Of a stretch of 64,000 nucleotides of DNA, positions 35,495 through 48,200 are shown one piece after another; within the stretch, counting starts at the first letter, position 1, and every line of letters begins with the position of its first letter. Origin of the DNA: Phyllobates terribilis. Taxonomy: Eukaryota. The position numbers were made by a program, and so were the translations under genes. The stretch lies in NCBI RefSeq assembly GCF_046119375.1, contig NW_027363086.1:1-64000 (forward strand). The letters are read 5' to 3'. The notes beneath the pieces were generated by a model. The model searched no databases, had not been told where the DNA came from, and saw nothing but the letters and a program-made list of their open reading frames with translations.

Positions 35495-37080
35495 GGGGGA
35501 CCATGAATACCAGGATAAGGATGAGGGGGGCATACATAAAGGGATAAGGATGAGGGGGACCATGCGTGCCAGGATAAGGATGAGGGGGCCATACATACCA
35601 GGGTAAGGGGGCTATACATAACAGGATAAGGATGAAGGGGCCATGCATACCATGATAAGGATGAAGGGGCAATACTTACCAGGTTACGGATGAGGGGGTC
35701 ATACATACCAGGATACGGATCAGGGGGCCATACATACCAGGATAAGGATGAGGGGGCCATACATACCAGGATAAGGATGAGGGGGATCATACATACCAGT
35801 ATATGGATGAGGGGAATCATGCATACCAGGATAAGGATGATGGGTGCCATGCATACCAGGATAAGGATGATGGGTGCCATGCATACCAGGATAAGGATGA
35901 GGGAAGTCATGCATACCAGGACAAGGATGAGGGATGTCATAAATACCAGGATAGGGATGAGGGATGCCATACATACCAGGATAGGGATTAGGGGTGCCAT
36001 GCATACCAGGATAGGGATTAGGGTGCCATGCATACCAGGTTAGGGATTCGGGGTGCCATGCATACCAGGATAGGGATTAGGGGTGCCATACATACCAGGA
36101 TAGGGATGAGGGGTGCCATGCATACCAGGATAAGGATGAGGGGTGCCATGCATAACAGGATAGGGATTAGGGGTGCCATGGATACCAGGATAGGGATTAG
36201 GGGTGCCATGCATACCAGGTTAGGGATTAGGGGTGCCATAATACCAGGATAGGGATGAGGGGTGCCATGCATACCAGGATAAGGATGAGGGGTGCCATGC
36301 ATACCAGGATAGGGATTAGGGGTTCCATGCATACCAAGATAGGGATTAGGGGTGCCATACATACCAGGATTGGGGTATGAGGCGTGCCATGCATACCAGG
36401 ATAAGGATGAGGGGTGCCATGCACACCAGATTGGAGGGGTGCCATACATATCAGGATGGAGGAGTGCCATGCATATCAGGATGGAGGGGTGCCATGTGAA
36501 GCATCGGCGTCTCTGCCTCCTGGCGGACAGAGACGCTGTTCCCCTCACCGCCGCAGTCCAGGTCCGGCGTCCTCCGGCTCCCCTGCTGCTGTGGCGTGCA
36601 GCCACCCGGGCACCGTGCTTAGGGCACGCGCGCGCTCCCTCCCTCTTAAATCTAGCCTACCTGGAGCACCAACCTCTTACCTGTCGTGCCCACCAGCTCG
36701 CCTACCCGGAGCAACAGTCTGGCTATCTGTCGAACCAGCCTGCTTATCTACCCGGACCACCCATCAGCCTTCCTGCTGTGCTCATCCGCTGTACCCATCT
36801 GACCCGTGGGAGTCACCTGCTCTCACACAAGGTCGGTCCTAGAGTGGCACCTGGTCCCCCTGCTCGGTCCCTCCCTGGTTCACGGAGTTGATTGAGCCGC
36901 CGTGCGACATTGGTCAGGCCGAGTAGGCACTTAGTCACGCCCCTCTGGTCCCTCCTTGCACCGAAGCACAGAGGTTCCACCTCCCGGACTCATAACACCA
37001 TGCATATCAGGATGAAGGGGTGCCATGCATATCAGGATGGAGGGGTGCAGTGCATACCAGGATGGGGATGGGGACCAGGT
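35495..37080. repeat. ~27-bp minisatellite (ccatgcataccaggataaggatgagggg-type), interrupted at 36497-36997
   Basis: Dozens of tandem units; the ORF track shows 9-aa periodicity. Confidence 0.93.
36497..36997 (+). mobile_element. Solo LTR 'F' (501 bp) of the A/B family
   Basis: tgaagcatcggcgtc...cataaca; TSD ccatg (36492-36496 / 36998-37002); similar to the ends of LTR B. Confidence 0.88.
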
Positions 37081-38214
37081 ATAATAGGAAGGGGGGGGGG
37101 GCATATATACCAGGATGGGGGATATTATCAGAATCGGGGGACATTACCCCTATAGCAGTGTCAGCAACAGACCCCCTCCCCCTTAACAGGGCATCGTGAC
37201 CACATTTTTTGCTTTAATTTTTTTTCTATTTTCCTCCTCTAAAACCTAGGTGCGTCTTATGGTCCGAAAAATACGGTAAGTAATTAAACACAAAAGGTTA
37301 TGTAAATCTTCATGTTTTACAATAACCCTCCATAAACAGAAGACTATTGGTGATAGATGCTTCAGACAATGAATAAGCAGGTCCTAACATAGTCTTGTGT
37401 CTAAACTTCAAGTAAATACAAAGTAAATGAAAACAGAATGAGCCTTATCTATCTGTCAGTATATAACCAAACCAGAGCACATGCTGGTTTGATTTGAACA
37501 CATTCTTTATATTTCATATTGGACCCAGAGTTCCATACATGTGTTCCTGAAATACTCGGTTTCACCATATCGCCCCTTATATCTATATAGTGCTGTCACA
37601 CGTGCCACTTCTGAAGCTGCCAAAGGACAATTATACAGAAGCCCAAAACGTGACTTGTCTGAAATAAAAAAAAATTCTGTATGGCTCTATATGGTTTATT
37701 ATATAGTTTCTGTATGGCACTATTATGTAGGTACTCACTGTAAGGCAGTATAATGTTGGTACAGTATAGCACTATTATGTAAGTATTGTATATGTATTAT
37801 ATATGATCCATACCAGCGCTCGGCCATATGGACACTCGGCATGCAATGCAAGTTATATACCTTGAACTACTTGGTCTCATCACTCCATTCGAACCCAATA
37901 TCTTATGTCGCTAAACCATATTCAGAGACACAAATCTTCTGAATTCTGGGGGTAGGCGATGACCTTTATTAACAAATGATATAAAGCTCACACAAAAATA
38001 CAGGAGGATCTTGCATTTTAGAATGGATGATGAAGAAGTCACCAGCCATCGCCACTGCTCCTGCGGAGGGCAAGTCTGGATCTGCCTGTTTACCATGTCG
38101 CTGCCAAGTGTCTTCTCATCTTCTCAAGCAAGATTATCCATCCTCCAACTGTGACAATTATAAAGAAAGCAGAAGACATAATATCAATACATATTTTTTT
38201 ATTTTACTCACTTA

Positions 38215-38285
38215 TATAGCGCCATTAATTCCACAGCGCTTTACAGACATTATCATCACTGTCCCCATTGGGGCTCACAAGCTAG
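38215..38285 (-). mobile_element. SINE 3' tail fragment
   Basis: Reverse complement resembles 33570-33660 (gtgagccccaatggggacagt...gtaaagcgctg). Confidence 0.65.
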
Positions 38286-38389
38286 ATTCATATAAAATGT
38301 AACAGTAATGTACATATGGTAACAACCCTAATAAGGATAAAAATAATAAATGTCATAATAATGTACTCAATAATGTGAGGGAGGGTGGG

Positions 38390-38652
38390 CCGTGACACTT
38401 GCAAAATCTTGATGGCTGAGAATACAGAAATAGCGTTTCAGGAGTATAAAGATCTCAATAAGAAATGTAAAAAAGTAATCAAACTAGTAAAGTTATCTAC
38501 CAAAACACAAATCGCCAGTGACATTAAAATAAATTCCCCCAAATTTTTACAAATATATCAATGCCAAAAAGAAAAAAATGGATGGTATCGGCCCTTCAAA
38601 AGATCATAATAAAATAATTATAGAGGGCAAAGAAAAAGCTGAAATATTCAAC
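38390..38652 (+). mobile_element. Degenerate CR1 ORF2 fragment
   Basis: KKCKKVIK..KTQIASDIKIN.PK and GKEKAEIFN resemble the CR1 at about 62550-62750. Confidence 0.55.
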
Positions 38653-39910
38653 AGGGATGCCCAAACTTTTACATGCCACTGTATATGTGTGTGTATGATT
38701 GTGTCCATGTGATTGCAACTGAAGTTTGTTTGTGAGACGCACAAGAGTTGTTTACATTAGAACAAGCTCACTGACAGATTCTCAGCTAACTCACTCTGCA
38801 GCCAGATGTGCAGGGTAATAAAGAGTCTGTAAAAGCCACACAGTGTAAAATTTGTAAGGAAATCCAATTTCAAGCAATATTTTTAGCTCTATTTACATGC
38901 ATTAAAGAAGTTATCCACTACTTGGACAACTCCTGTTTATACCCCACGCTTGGCCCCCGTAAAATAATAAAACTTATACTCCCCTCCAGTGCTGGCGCCG
39001 TTTCCGTGGTGTCAGAATTCGCTGTCCCCGGGGCTCACATTGTCTTGTTGTTGTGACATGTGACACCGGTGACAATCAGCGCAGGCGTCAATGTCTCTGC
39101 GTTCAGACAAATGGGACATGAAAAGGAAGGCAGAGATGAGCCGCATTCAGGGTCTCCTCTTCATGTTCGATTTGTCCAAAGGCGGAGACAGTGACGCCAG
39201 CACTGATTGGTCACGAGTGTCACATGTCACAATAACTGCACGAGAACCCCGGGACCGCGAGTGTCGACAGCGTGGGAACGGCGCCAACAAGGGAGGTGAT
39301 ATAGTTTATTTTATTTTATCATGGGAGGTGAGTAAGGCTGTGTGCCCACAATGCGTTTTTTAAGCGTTTCCGCAGCAGCAAAAACAGTGCAGAAACGCAT
39401 TAAAAACGCATGTTAGAAGGCCTGCCATGATCCCCAATGATAATCCGCGTGTGCTATGCACATGCTGCGGACATTTCTGCTGCGGATTATCATTGCGGAA
39501 AAAAACGCAGCACTATCAATTATTTTGCGGAAGCGCTGCATTTTCGCCGCCATTGACTTGCATTAGAATACGCCAATTCCGCAAGACTGCATCTGTACTT
39601 GCATAATTGGCGCGTTCTAATGTGCGGATGGTACCCGGGTGTAGAGGAGAAGAGAGTCTCATCCACACCCAGGTACCATTAAAAAAAAGCTGTAAAAAAA
39701 AGAATAAAATAAAAAATAAATATATACTTACCTTCCGGCGGCCCGCGCTGTGCTCCTCCTTACTTCCCGGCACTTCGCGATGGAATGAAGGACCTGCGCT
39801 GACGTCAGAGTCATGTGACAGGTCACGCGACGCTGACGCCGGCAGGTCCTTCAATCCACCGCTGCCGGCAGCCGGGACGGTGAAGCAAGACAGCGCGGGC
39901 CGTAAATATA

Positions 39911-41207
39911 CGAGGGCGATCCAAAAGTAATGATAATCAATACTAAACACAATGAATATAGTCAAAAATTTTTTTTATTTTTCTACATAGTCTCCTAACA
40001 AGTCTATACATTTAGTCCATCTCTTTTCTCAACTTAGAATTCCCTTCGAAAAAAATTCTTGATCTTGACCCTCAAAAAAATCCCCAACAGCTGTTATCAC
40101 GTCGCTATTGTCGTCAAATTTCTTGCCCCGGAGGTGTTCCTTGAGCCAAGGAAAGAGAAAGAAGTCACTGGGGGCTAGATCTGGCGAATAGGGGGGGGGG
40201 TTGTTCCACCAGTTCAAAGCCCGCTTCTTGTATGGTAGCCATGGCAACTGCAACTTTGTGAGCCGGCGCGTTATCTTGGTGAAACAGCACTCCAGCCTGC
40301 CGTTTGCCGCGCCTTTTCTCCTTGATAGCCTCCCGCAATCTTCTTATTTGTTCTGTGTAGTAGGAGCCCGTAATAGTGGCTCCCTTCTCCAAATAGTCCA
40401 CCATAATAATTCCTTCAGCGTCCCAAAAAACGGACGCCATAACCTTCCCTGCTGAGCTTGACACTTTGAGTTTCTTCGGTGTCAGTTCGTTGGCTCGTTT
40501 CCATGTCATCGATTGTTGTTTCGTTTCGGGATCAAAGTGGTGGATCCAGGTCTTGTCCATGGTCAAAAAACGTGACAAAAAATTCTCCTTGTCTGCTTGG
40601 AACTTTTCGAGACGTGCTCTTGAAATGTTAACTTGTTTCTTCTTTTGCTCGTCGGTTAACATTTTTGGCACCCAACGCGCCGAGACCTTTCTCATATGCA
40701 ATTCTTTTGCAAGGATTCTTTGAATACTGCCATATGAGATCCCTGTGACCTCCGCTACATGCCTGATAGTCACTCTTCGATCGGCCAATACAACTTCTTC
40801 AACTTTTTTCATGTTTTCTTCATTGAGGGACGTGGATGGGCGTCCTTCACGATGTTCATCTTCCGTCGATGTTCTTCCCAGCCTAAATTCCTTGGCCCAG
40901 CGTGCAACTGTGGAATATGGAAGAGAAAAGACCCCAACGTTTCCACCAAGTCGCTGTGTATGTCTTTGGTAGTAATTTTTTTCAAGCAGAGGTATTTGAT
41001 GACAGCTCTGAGCTCGTTTTTTTCCATTTTGATGTTCACTCCTCGGCAGTTCCTACTCAAATGAATGTAGCTCCCGTGAATCGTGGCCTATTTAAGTGAT
41101 TTTTTTTTCCTGGACTAGTGGGTACCTAAGAGAGAAGAAAACATTTTATTTTAATTTCTGTGTGCAATAGAAATAACCGATTATCATTACTTTTGGATCG
41201 CCCCTCG
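39911..41207 (-). mobile_element. Full-length mariner element (1297 bp, irritans/Hsmar2-like TIR)
   Basis: TIR cgagggcgatccaaaagtaatgataatc at both ends; TA TSD at 39909-39910 and 41208-41209. Confidence 0.93.
39975..41027 (-). pseudogene. Mariner transposase (DD34D type) with frameshifts and a stop
   Basis: MEKNELRAVIK, WVPKML, TMDKTW, HQDNAPAH, YSPDLAPSDF; frameshifts near 40925 and 40195. Confidence 0.92.
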
Positions 41208-41621
41208 TATATTTATTTTTTTATTTTTTGACATTCTCTCGGTCACACTATATAAATTCATGCCGGTTGCATGGATTTATATAGTGTGACCAAGTTGTCA
41301 AGCATTTTCCAAGTGATGCTAAAATCACAACCCGCATGCGGAAATGCAAGTGAAGAACGCTTCACATCCGCATGTCCCTGGCAGGAAAAACGCATGTACA
41401 ATCCGCATGTACAATCCGCATGTACAATCCGTATGCGTTTTTTTCTGCCAGGGAGATGCAGAAACGCTCAGGAAAAAATCCTGAGCATTTCTGCATCGTG
41501 GGCACATAGCCTATAGGTTGTTTTTTTTTTTATCTTATCAGGGTTCAACATTTTCAAATGAAAAGATTCATTAGGTGACTCTTTGTATCAAAGTACACTG
41601 AGTGTATATGCATGCACCGCA

Positions 41622-41802
41622 CGATGACATCACAATGGCTTAGAACCTCCAGCGACCGGCTGATGATGTCACAATCGGCCCCTGCGTATAAGTATGGGCG
41701 CCGGCCGGATCCCAGTCACTCACTATTGTGTGTTGCAAAATTTGCTATAGAAAGTGATATTTATTTGTTATTATCAGCGCCCTCCGGTGGGAAGAGAGAA
41801 AG
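41622..41802 (+). promoter_or_regulatory. Candidate promoter plus non-coding first exon, copy 1
   Basis: TGACATCA at 41625, TGATGTCA at 41664, TATAA at 41687, Inr-like ccagtc near 41712, donor AAG|GTAAGT after 41802. Confidence 0.5.
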
Positions 41803-42802
41803 GTAAGTCTGAACTTCATCTAATGAGTAATGGGAGTCTGTCCCAGGGGGAGACACAACCTGTAGATGATTATAGGGGGGACATATATAGATTTCCCTAT
41901 AAAATTATCCCCAATAACAGTATAGACACGGTTTTGTAAACTGTCATTAACCCTTTTAGAACATGGCCAATATTTCCTCCTCTTCTTATTCTTCATTTTT
42001 CCAATCACTTAGTCAGGTGAAAGCTTGTTTTTTTCTTTTTGTGAGACGAGTTGTTGCTGAAAAATGGGGAAACAATTACGAGTGCGGTGAAATGGTGAAA
42101 AGCAAAAGAAATTTTGCAACAGTTTTTTGTGCTTCCTTTTCACCGCATTCATTTTTTGGTAAGATTGATCTGGAAATATGATTCAGGGTCAGCGTGATTA
42201 CAGCAATATCAAACATATTGCTTTTTTATTATCATTATTATCATTAGTATTATTATTACAGTGGTTGCAACAATTTCAGAACTTTGTAAAAAAAAAAGTT
42301 TTTTTCACCATTTTATGAGCCTCTGCTCTTGTTTTTTTTCCATGGCGAGTTGTCATTATTATTGACACCATTTTTGGGAACATACAAAGATTTGATGACA
42401 TTTTATTGCATTTTTTGGGGGGAAGATGCTGCGATAGAAAAAAAAAGGCAATTCTGGCGTTTTGATGGTTTTTCTTACTTTTATGGATACATTGATGCAC
42501 AATATGTATATTTTTATCTCTTTAGTTTTTAATTAGGAACAGGAGTTAATTGAACTTTTTATATTTTATATATATTTTTTTAAATTTTTGTTGATATTTA
42601 TTTTTATTTTTTTACTCCCCCTGGTAGACTTGAACCTATGATTGTTTGATTGTTTATACTATATACAGCAATAGCACAGTATTGTGGTATATATTGAAAT
42701 TTATGTTCTTATTGTGCTGTAGTACCACAATTCTCAGCATGCACTTCTAGAAAAGTATAGGACTACAGGTGTCAGCATGCCCTGTCATCAGAGTCCTTAT
42801 CA

Positions 42803-43091
42803 TTCTGTAGTACTACAACACCCAGTATATACATCTGGAAAAGTATAGAACTAGCAAGATCCATCCTCAAGTCTTTCATTGTGCTTTGGTCTATAATGAA
42901 ATTGATGTTCCTCTTGATGGATGGATGGATGGATGGATTCAGTAGTACTACAAAACTCAGCATGTCCATCCATCCATCCAGAGGGACATGCATTTCAATA
43001 TAGACCACAGCACAATGAAAAACGTGAGGGTGGAGCATGCTAGTTCTATACTTTTCCAGACGTACATACTGGGTGTTGTAGTACTACAGAA
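42803..43091. repeat. ~290-bp imperfect inverted repeat (MITE-like) with (ggat)n/(atcc)n inner arms
   Basis: 42803-42856 is the reverse complement of 43039-43091, and the inner arms also pair. Confidence 0.75.
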
Positions 43092-43122
43092 TCCATGGAT
43101 GGACGGATGATTAGATAGATCG

Positions 43123-43320
43123 ATGACATCACAATGGCTTAGAACCCCCAGTGACCGGCTGATGATGTCACAATCGGCCCCTGTGTATAACTATGGGCGC
43201 CGGCCGGATCCCAGCCACTCACTATTGTGTGTTGTACTCACGATTTCTGTGTTGCAAAATTTGCTATAGAAAGTGATATTTATTTGTTATTATCAGCGCC
43301 CTCGGTGGAAAGAGAGAAAG
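43123..43320 (+). promoter_or_regulatory. Candidate promoter plus non-coding first exon, copy 2
   Basis: Direct repeat of copy 1 at an offset of about 1.5 kb; TATAA at 43186; donor AAG|GTAAGT after 43320. Confidence 0.5.
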
Positions 43321-44004
43321 GTAAGTCTGAACTTCATCTAATGAGTAATGGGAGCCTTTCCCAGGGGGAGACAACCTGTAGATGATTATAGGGGGACATA
43401 TATAGATTTCCCTATAGAATTATCCCCAATAACAGTATAGACACGTTTTTTGTAAATTGTCATTAACCCTTTCAAAGCACGGCCAATATTTCCTCCACTT
43501 TTTTATTTTTCTGATCACATAGTCAGGTGAAAGCTTGTTTTTTTTTTTGTGAGACGAGTTGTTGCTTAGAAGAACAGCATTCATTTTACCTTATATTATA
43601 CTGAAAAATGGGGAAAAAATAATAACTATGGTGAAATGGTGAAAAAAAAACAGAAAAACAAAACTGTTTTTTGTGCTTTTTACCACGTTCATTTTGTGGT
43701 ACGATTGATCTGGAAAGATGATTCAGGGTTCATATTGTTTTATTATTATTATTATTGTTATTACTTACCGTAAGTGGTTACAACAATAGTTTTAGAATTT
43801 AAAAAAAAAATTGATTTGTTTCACCATTTTATGGCAAGTTGATGTTTTTATTGACACCATTTTGGGGAACATACACAGTTTGGGTGACTTTTTATTGCAT
43901 TTTTCGGGGAAGGTGCCGTAATAAAAAAAAAAACAAGGGAAAAAAAGGCCATTCTGGCGTTTTGATTGTTTCTCTTACTTTTATGGATATATTGATGCCA
44001 GAGA

Positions 44005-44735
44005 CTGTATTTTGCAGATTAGAAGATGCACCCCAAATTTTGGGGAGGAAAATGGGAAAAAAATGAAATTAATAAAATAGTGCGTCTTATAATCCCCTTT
44101 TACGATAGCTTACCCGGGGGTGGTCGAGGGGGCTGCGGTGAAGCGGGATCCCAGGAGGCAGGGTCGCTGCTGCAGAAAGCTTTCAACGGTGGCAGGAGTG
44201 GGGCGATGCTGCAGGGCCCGGGCTGGAAGGTTGGGGTGCTCAGCACAGTGCGAGACTGCTCCGGGCCACGGGCTTTCAGAAAATATCAAACAAGTCCCCA
44301 CACTGCCCATCGTTTGCATCGTTTTCACTGCAGTGGACTTTGGGAAAATGGCGCATGTTTAGATTGAGATCTCCGCTCCCAAGATCGAGATCTCGGGAGC
44401 CGAGATCTACACATGCTCCGCTGGAGGCGTCCATTTTCCCGAAGTCCACCGCAGTGAAAACGATGGGCAGTGCGGGGGCTCCACTGACATTTTCTGGAAG
44501 CCTGGTGCCCGAAGCAGCCTCGCATCGCTGACCACCCCCACCTCCCAGTCTGGGGCCCACAGCATCGCCCCACCACCTTCAACTTCCTGCAGCAGTGACC
44601 CTGACTCCTGGGACCCTGCTCCACCGCAGATACCCCCCCAGCCCGGTAAGCTACAATTGGATTATAAATCGCACCCCCATTTTCCCCCCAAATTTGGGAG
44701 AACAAAAAGTGAGTCTTATAATCTGAAAAATACAT
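44005..44735. mobile_element. Tc1/mariner-type MITE related to the one at 35106-37276
   Basis: Degenerate TIRs ctgtattttgcagattagaagatgcac / gtgagtcttataatctgaaaaatac, followed by (ta)n. Confidence 0.65.
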
Positions 44736-44994
44736 ATATATATATATATATATATATGCTTGTTTTTTTTCTCTTTATTTTTGAAATCTTTATATTTTAT
44801 TATTTTTTTTATATTAAAGAAAAACTTTTTTTGCTGAATTTGACCTCATTTTTAGTCCCTCTAGGGGACTTAAACTTATTGTTGTTCGATTGCTTATTAC
44901 ACTATATACTGCACTACCACGGAATTGACTGAGACTAATGCAATATTTTTACCGTCTTGTGTTTTTCTCCAGTGTTTGCAGGGCTCTGTTGAAC

Positions 44995-45202
44995 ATGGCA
45001 TCTCTCTTCAATTCCACCCCAAAAATGCCACTTCTATTAGAAGATGTGGAAAAAGGAAAAGACCAGCAAGATGAGGATGAAAACTGCGAAGAACAGGACC
45101 TGCACGCCCGGACTGGAGTCTCCATAGTCCGCTCTTTCATTATTGTAGGCGTTCTAACCTTCATCAATCTGGTCACCTTCATAGCTGCCTTCACTTTCGT
45201 AG
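44995..45202 (+). CDS. spns1: SPNS1-like coding exon 1
   Basis: MASLF...[30 protein letters not shown]; donor gtaagt. Confidence 0.85.
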
Positions 45203-48200
45203 GTAAGTAGGCGTAAACCGGCTTATGTCGGGGGCAAGGTGTATAAGGCCCAAAACTGCAAAAAAAGAAGAAAATCTTCATGGCCAACGAGAAGGCTCGT
45301 TAGCTGCTGTGATGTCTATTCCTGCACTTCTCTAATTACAATAATCATTCGTGTTCTTCTTTTTGTTCTGGCAGGAGCGATTTCTTACCTACAAAGCGCA
45401 TTTAAAATGGACGACAGCAAATCCGGCCTTATAAGCTTAGGTAAACTTTTAACATAAAATCCTATTCTATAGGTCACTTGTGAGGACGGCTGGAATCTCG
45501 TGACATCATAAGGTTCCAATTTTGTAACGTTCACATGATGGCCGCCTTTATAGTTACCAAAAATGCAAACAGTGATGAGGACGGGAGAAGTGTTTTCAGT
45601 GCAACAGTTTAAATAATCCTCAAATATAAATAAATATATGTTAAAGAAATCATTTCTATTAACTGTGACCTCTTGTTTTTCCCCTTCTAGTATTCACGAT
45701 CAGCAGTGTCCTGTTTGGTCAAATCTATGGATACCTGGGTGACCGCTGGAACAGAAAATACATCATGTGTGCAGGGATGTCCTTCTGGTCGGCCATCATT
45801 CTCTGCAAGTCCTACGTTCCCAATGAGGTAACTGATCTAATTGGTAGAAGCATAAAGACTTAAGGCTCATGCAGACGTCTGTGGATCTCGGTGCCATCAT
45901 GGACAATAATGCACGGACTGGCCGCGGTTCTTCCGACCCGAGCATCGCTATCACGCTGTCAGAGATCGGACCGGGATCCACCGACGTCTGCATGAGCCCT
46001 AAAGCCTCTCACTTGTTTGTATGTAGATCAGTATTTTGCATTAGTATTTGCAAGACAAAAGTGAGAGCGGGTCCAAAATTAGGAAAAGTTTATAATTTTT
46101 CCATTACCGTATTTCTTTAGGTGTCTTAGAAAACTTTCATAAATGGTCACTGAATATTTTTTTGTGTTTTCACAGTATTTTACAGTTTTTCTCCTAATTA
46201 ATGGACTGTCTGGAGCTGCAGAGGCAAGTTTTAAAATAACTGCCCCCTCCATCATTGCCGACGTCTTCGTGGGAGATCGGCGCAGCCGCGCGCTTAACTT
46301 GTATTACTTAGCAGCACCCTTTGGCTGGTGAGTGTACATCTATTTATTGTTTTAAGGAGGGAATCATAGCCAAACTGTCTAAGAGTAAGTCCGACAAGGC
46401 GGATTTGCTGTGGACTTTTTTCGGTACGGATTTTGCTCTACAGATGCATGTACAATACATATGGATGGCGTTTCAAAAACCCCTCCGCAAGTAATGATCA
46501 TGGTGTCGCAACACGTAGGGGGAGGATCAGCAGTGAACCAGCAAACATTTCTGGAATTGCTGCAGATTTCTAGGAAATTGATTCAAGACTCTAAATGGAA
46601 ATATTTTTTCAGCAATGTCAAGACTTTCCCTAACAGAAAACTGCACTGATTGCTATGGGCAAAAAAGTTTTCTGCTAGACAGTTTGACTTTTAGCACTTA
46701 TGACAAGAGCTCCTCAAAGAATGTGAAGACTCAGAATGATCTTACACTTTTTATTGTTTTTTTATAAATCATTTAAATGGACATAGGAAATGTTGTAATA
46801 TATCTTATCAGGAAATATACTTATTTCCCTTCATTAATTCACTGATAAAAATCCATCTTCAGTGACAAGACAGATTGTAGCTTTATGCGGCATGGGGTAA
46901 CAGTTGCTGCTCATAGAAGTCTATGGAGGGGGTGGAGTAGGAAGGAGGAGCCGGAAAAAGGCACTCAAAAATGTATATGTTTATATGTGTGCAGAAATTA
47001 TGACAACTTTGTTTTTGTTTTTTACAGTGGCCTTGGTTACATCATTGGGTCTAAAGTGACAAGTGCATTTGGTGGCGCCTGGCAATGGGCCTTCCGGGTA
47101 AGTAATAGGTCTGAGGGATCTTGTGGACAAACTGTGAATCTTAATTATAATTCCTGAATCGTATTAAAGGGAATCTGGCAGTATGTTTTTCCATTTGATC
47201 TGAGAGCAGGGGCCCTGTAGGGGCAGAGCACCTGATTCCAGCGATGTGTCACTTACTGCTCCTTGTAGATGCTTTAAAAAAAAAATCACTGTTTTATTAG
47301 CAGGAGATTATGACGAGGGGACTAGTTGTCTCGTGCCATGTAGTCCTCCTGTTCTGTGTAACCCCGACCCCACCACTGATTGGTGGCTTTCTGCCTATGT
47401 ACAGTGTGCACAGAAAAATCTACCAATCAGTGGTGTAGGCAGGGTATACAGAGCTCAGCATTCAGAGTACTGCTAGATCTGCAGCGAGAAAACTGGGATT
47501 TTATCAATACTTCACCAAGCACACCAGCAAGTGACACATCGCTGGAATCGGGGTCTCTGTCCCTGCATTATGCTGCTCTCAGATGCGCAGCAAACACCTC
47601 GTCGCAGATCCCCTTTAATGGAACCAGTTCCACAACAGTCTGTGCTCATGTCCTTTTTGTGATGAAACCTCTGTATATGTGATATGTGATGTCTCCTTCT
47701 TCATCTACACAGATCATCTCTGCTCTGGGCCTGGTAGGAGTCCTGCTCATGGCTGCATTTGTAAAAGAACCGTCCAGAGGAGCTGCAGAGGAAAAGAACA
47801 AACCACTGAGCTTCAAAGGATGGCTTATGGATGCCAACCAACTGCGTAAAAAGTAGGTGTCTTCTGTGCATTGATTTATGTCACTGATCTCCCCCGTGAC
47901 TTCTGCGTCATTTACAAGTTTTTTACCCTTTTCTCTCTCTGCAGCCGAAGTCTTCTGTTTTCTACTCTTGGGACTATTATGGTAAAATTTGTGGCAGCTG
48001 CATTCGGCTTCTGGGCTGTTACTTTCCTGAAGCGTGCCCGGGCTCTCATGCTACAGAAGGCGCCATATCAGACTCAACTATCCAACTATGATGACAGGTA
48101 CAAGTTTAGCAAACTTTAATTTGACATTCACTGGTGGGAATTTAATTCCCCCTATGACCGTTTTCTCTCTAAAAAAATATATTTATATTTCAAATTATTA

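Larger units (their letters stand above)
35106..37276. mobile_element. TA-target Tc1/mariner-type MITE inflated by a 27-bp minisatellite and solo LTR F
   Basis: TIR ccgtatttttcggactataagacgca / tgcgtcttatggtccgaaaaatacgg; TA at 35104-35105 and 37277-37278. Confidence 0.85.
39336..41511. mobile_element. PIF/Harbinger-type MITE (TAA target) containing a mariner insertion
   Basis: TIR ggctgtgtgcccac / gtgggcacatagcc with taa/tat flanks. An inverted, mariner-free copy is at 51172-52061. Confidence 0.8.

Noticed and set aside
35140-36605. Many His/Pro/Gly-rich or hydrophobic repeat ORFs on both strands
   Set aside because: Translations of a 27-bp minisatellite whose unit length is a multiple of 3.
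44938-44994. Upstream in-frame extension of SPNS exon 1 shown by the ORF track
   Set aside because: It contains a polypyrimidine tract and AG acceptors (44972/44981), so it is more likely intron/5' UTR. ATG 44995 gives an SPNS1-like N-terminal length.
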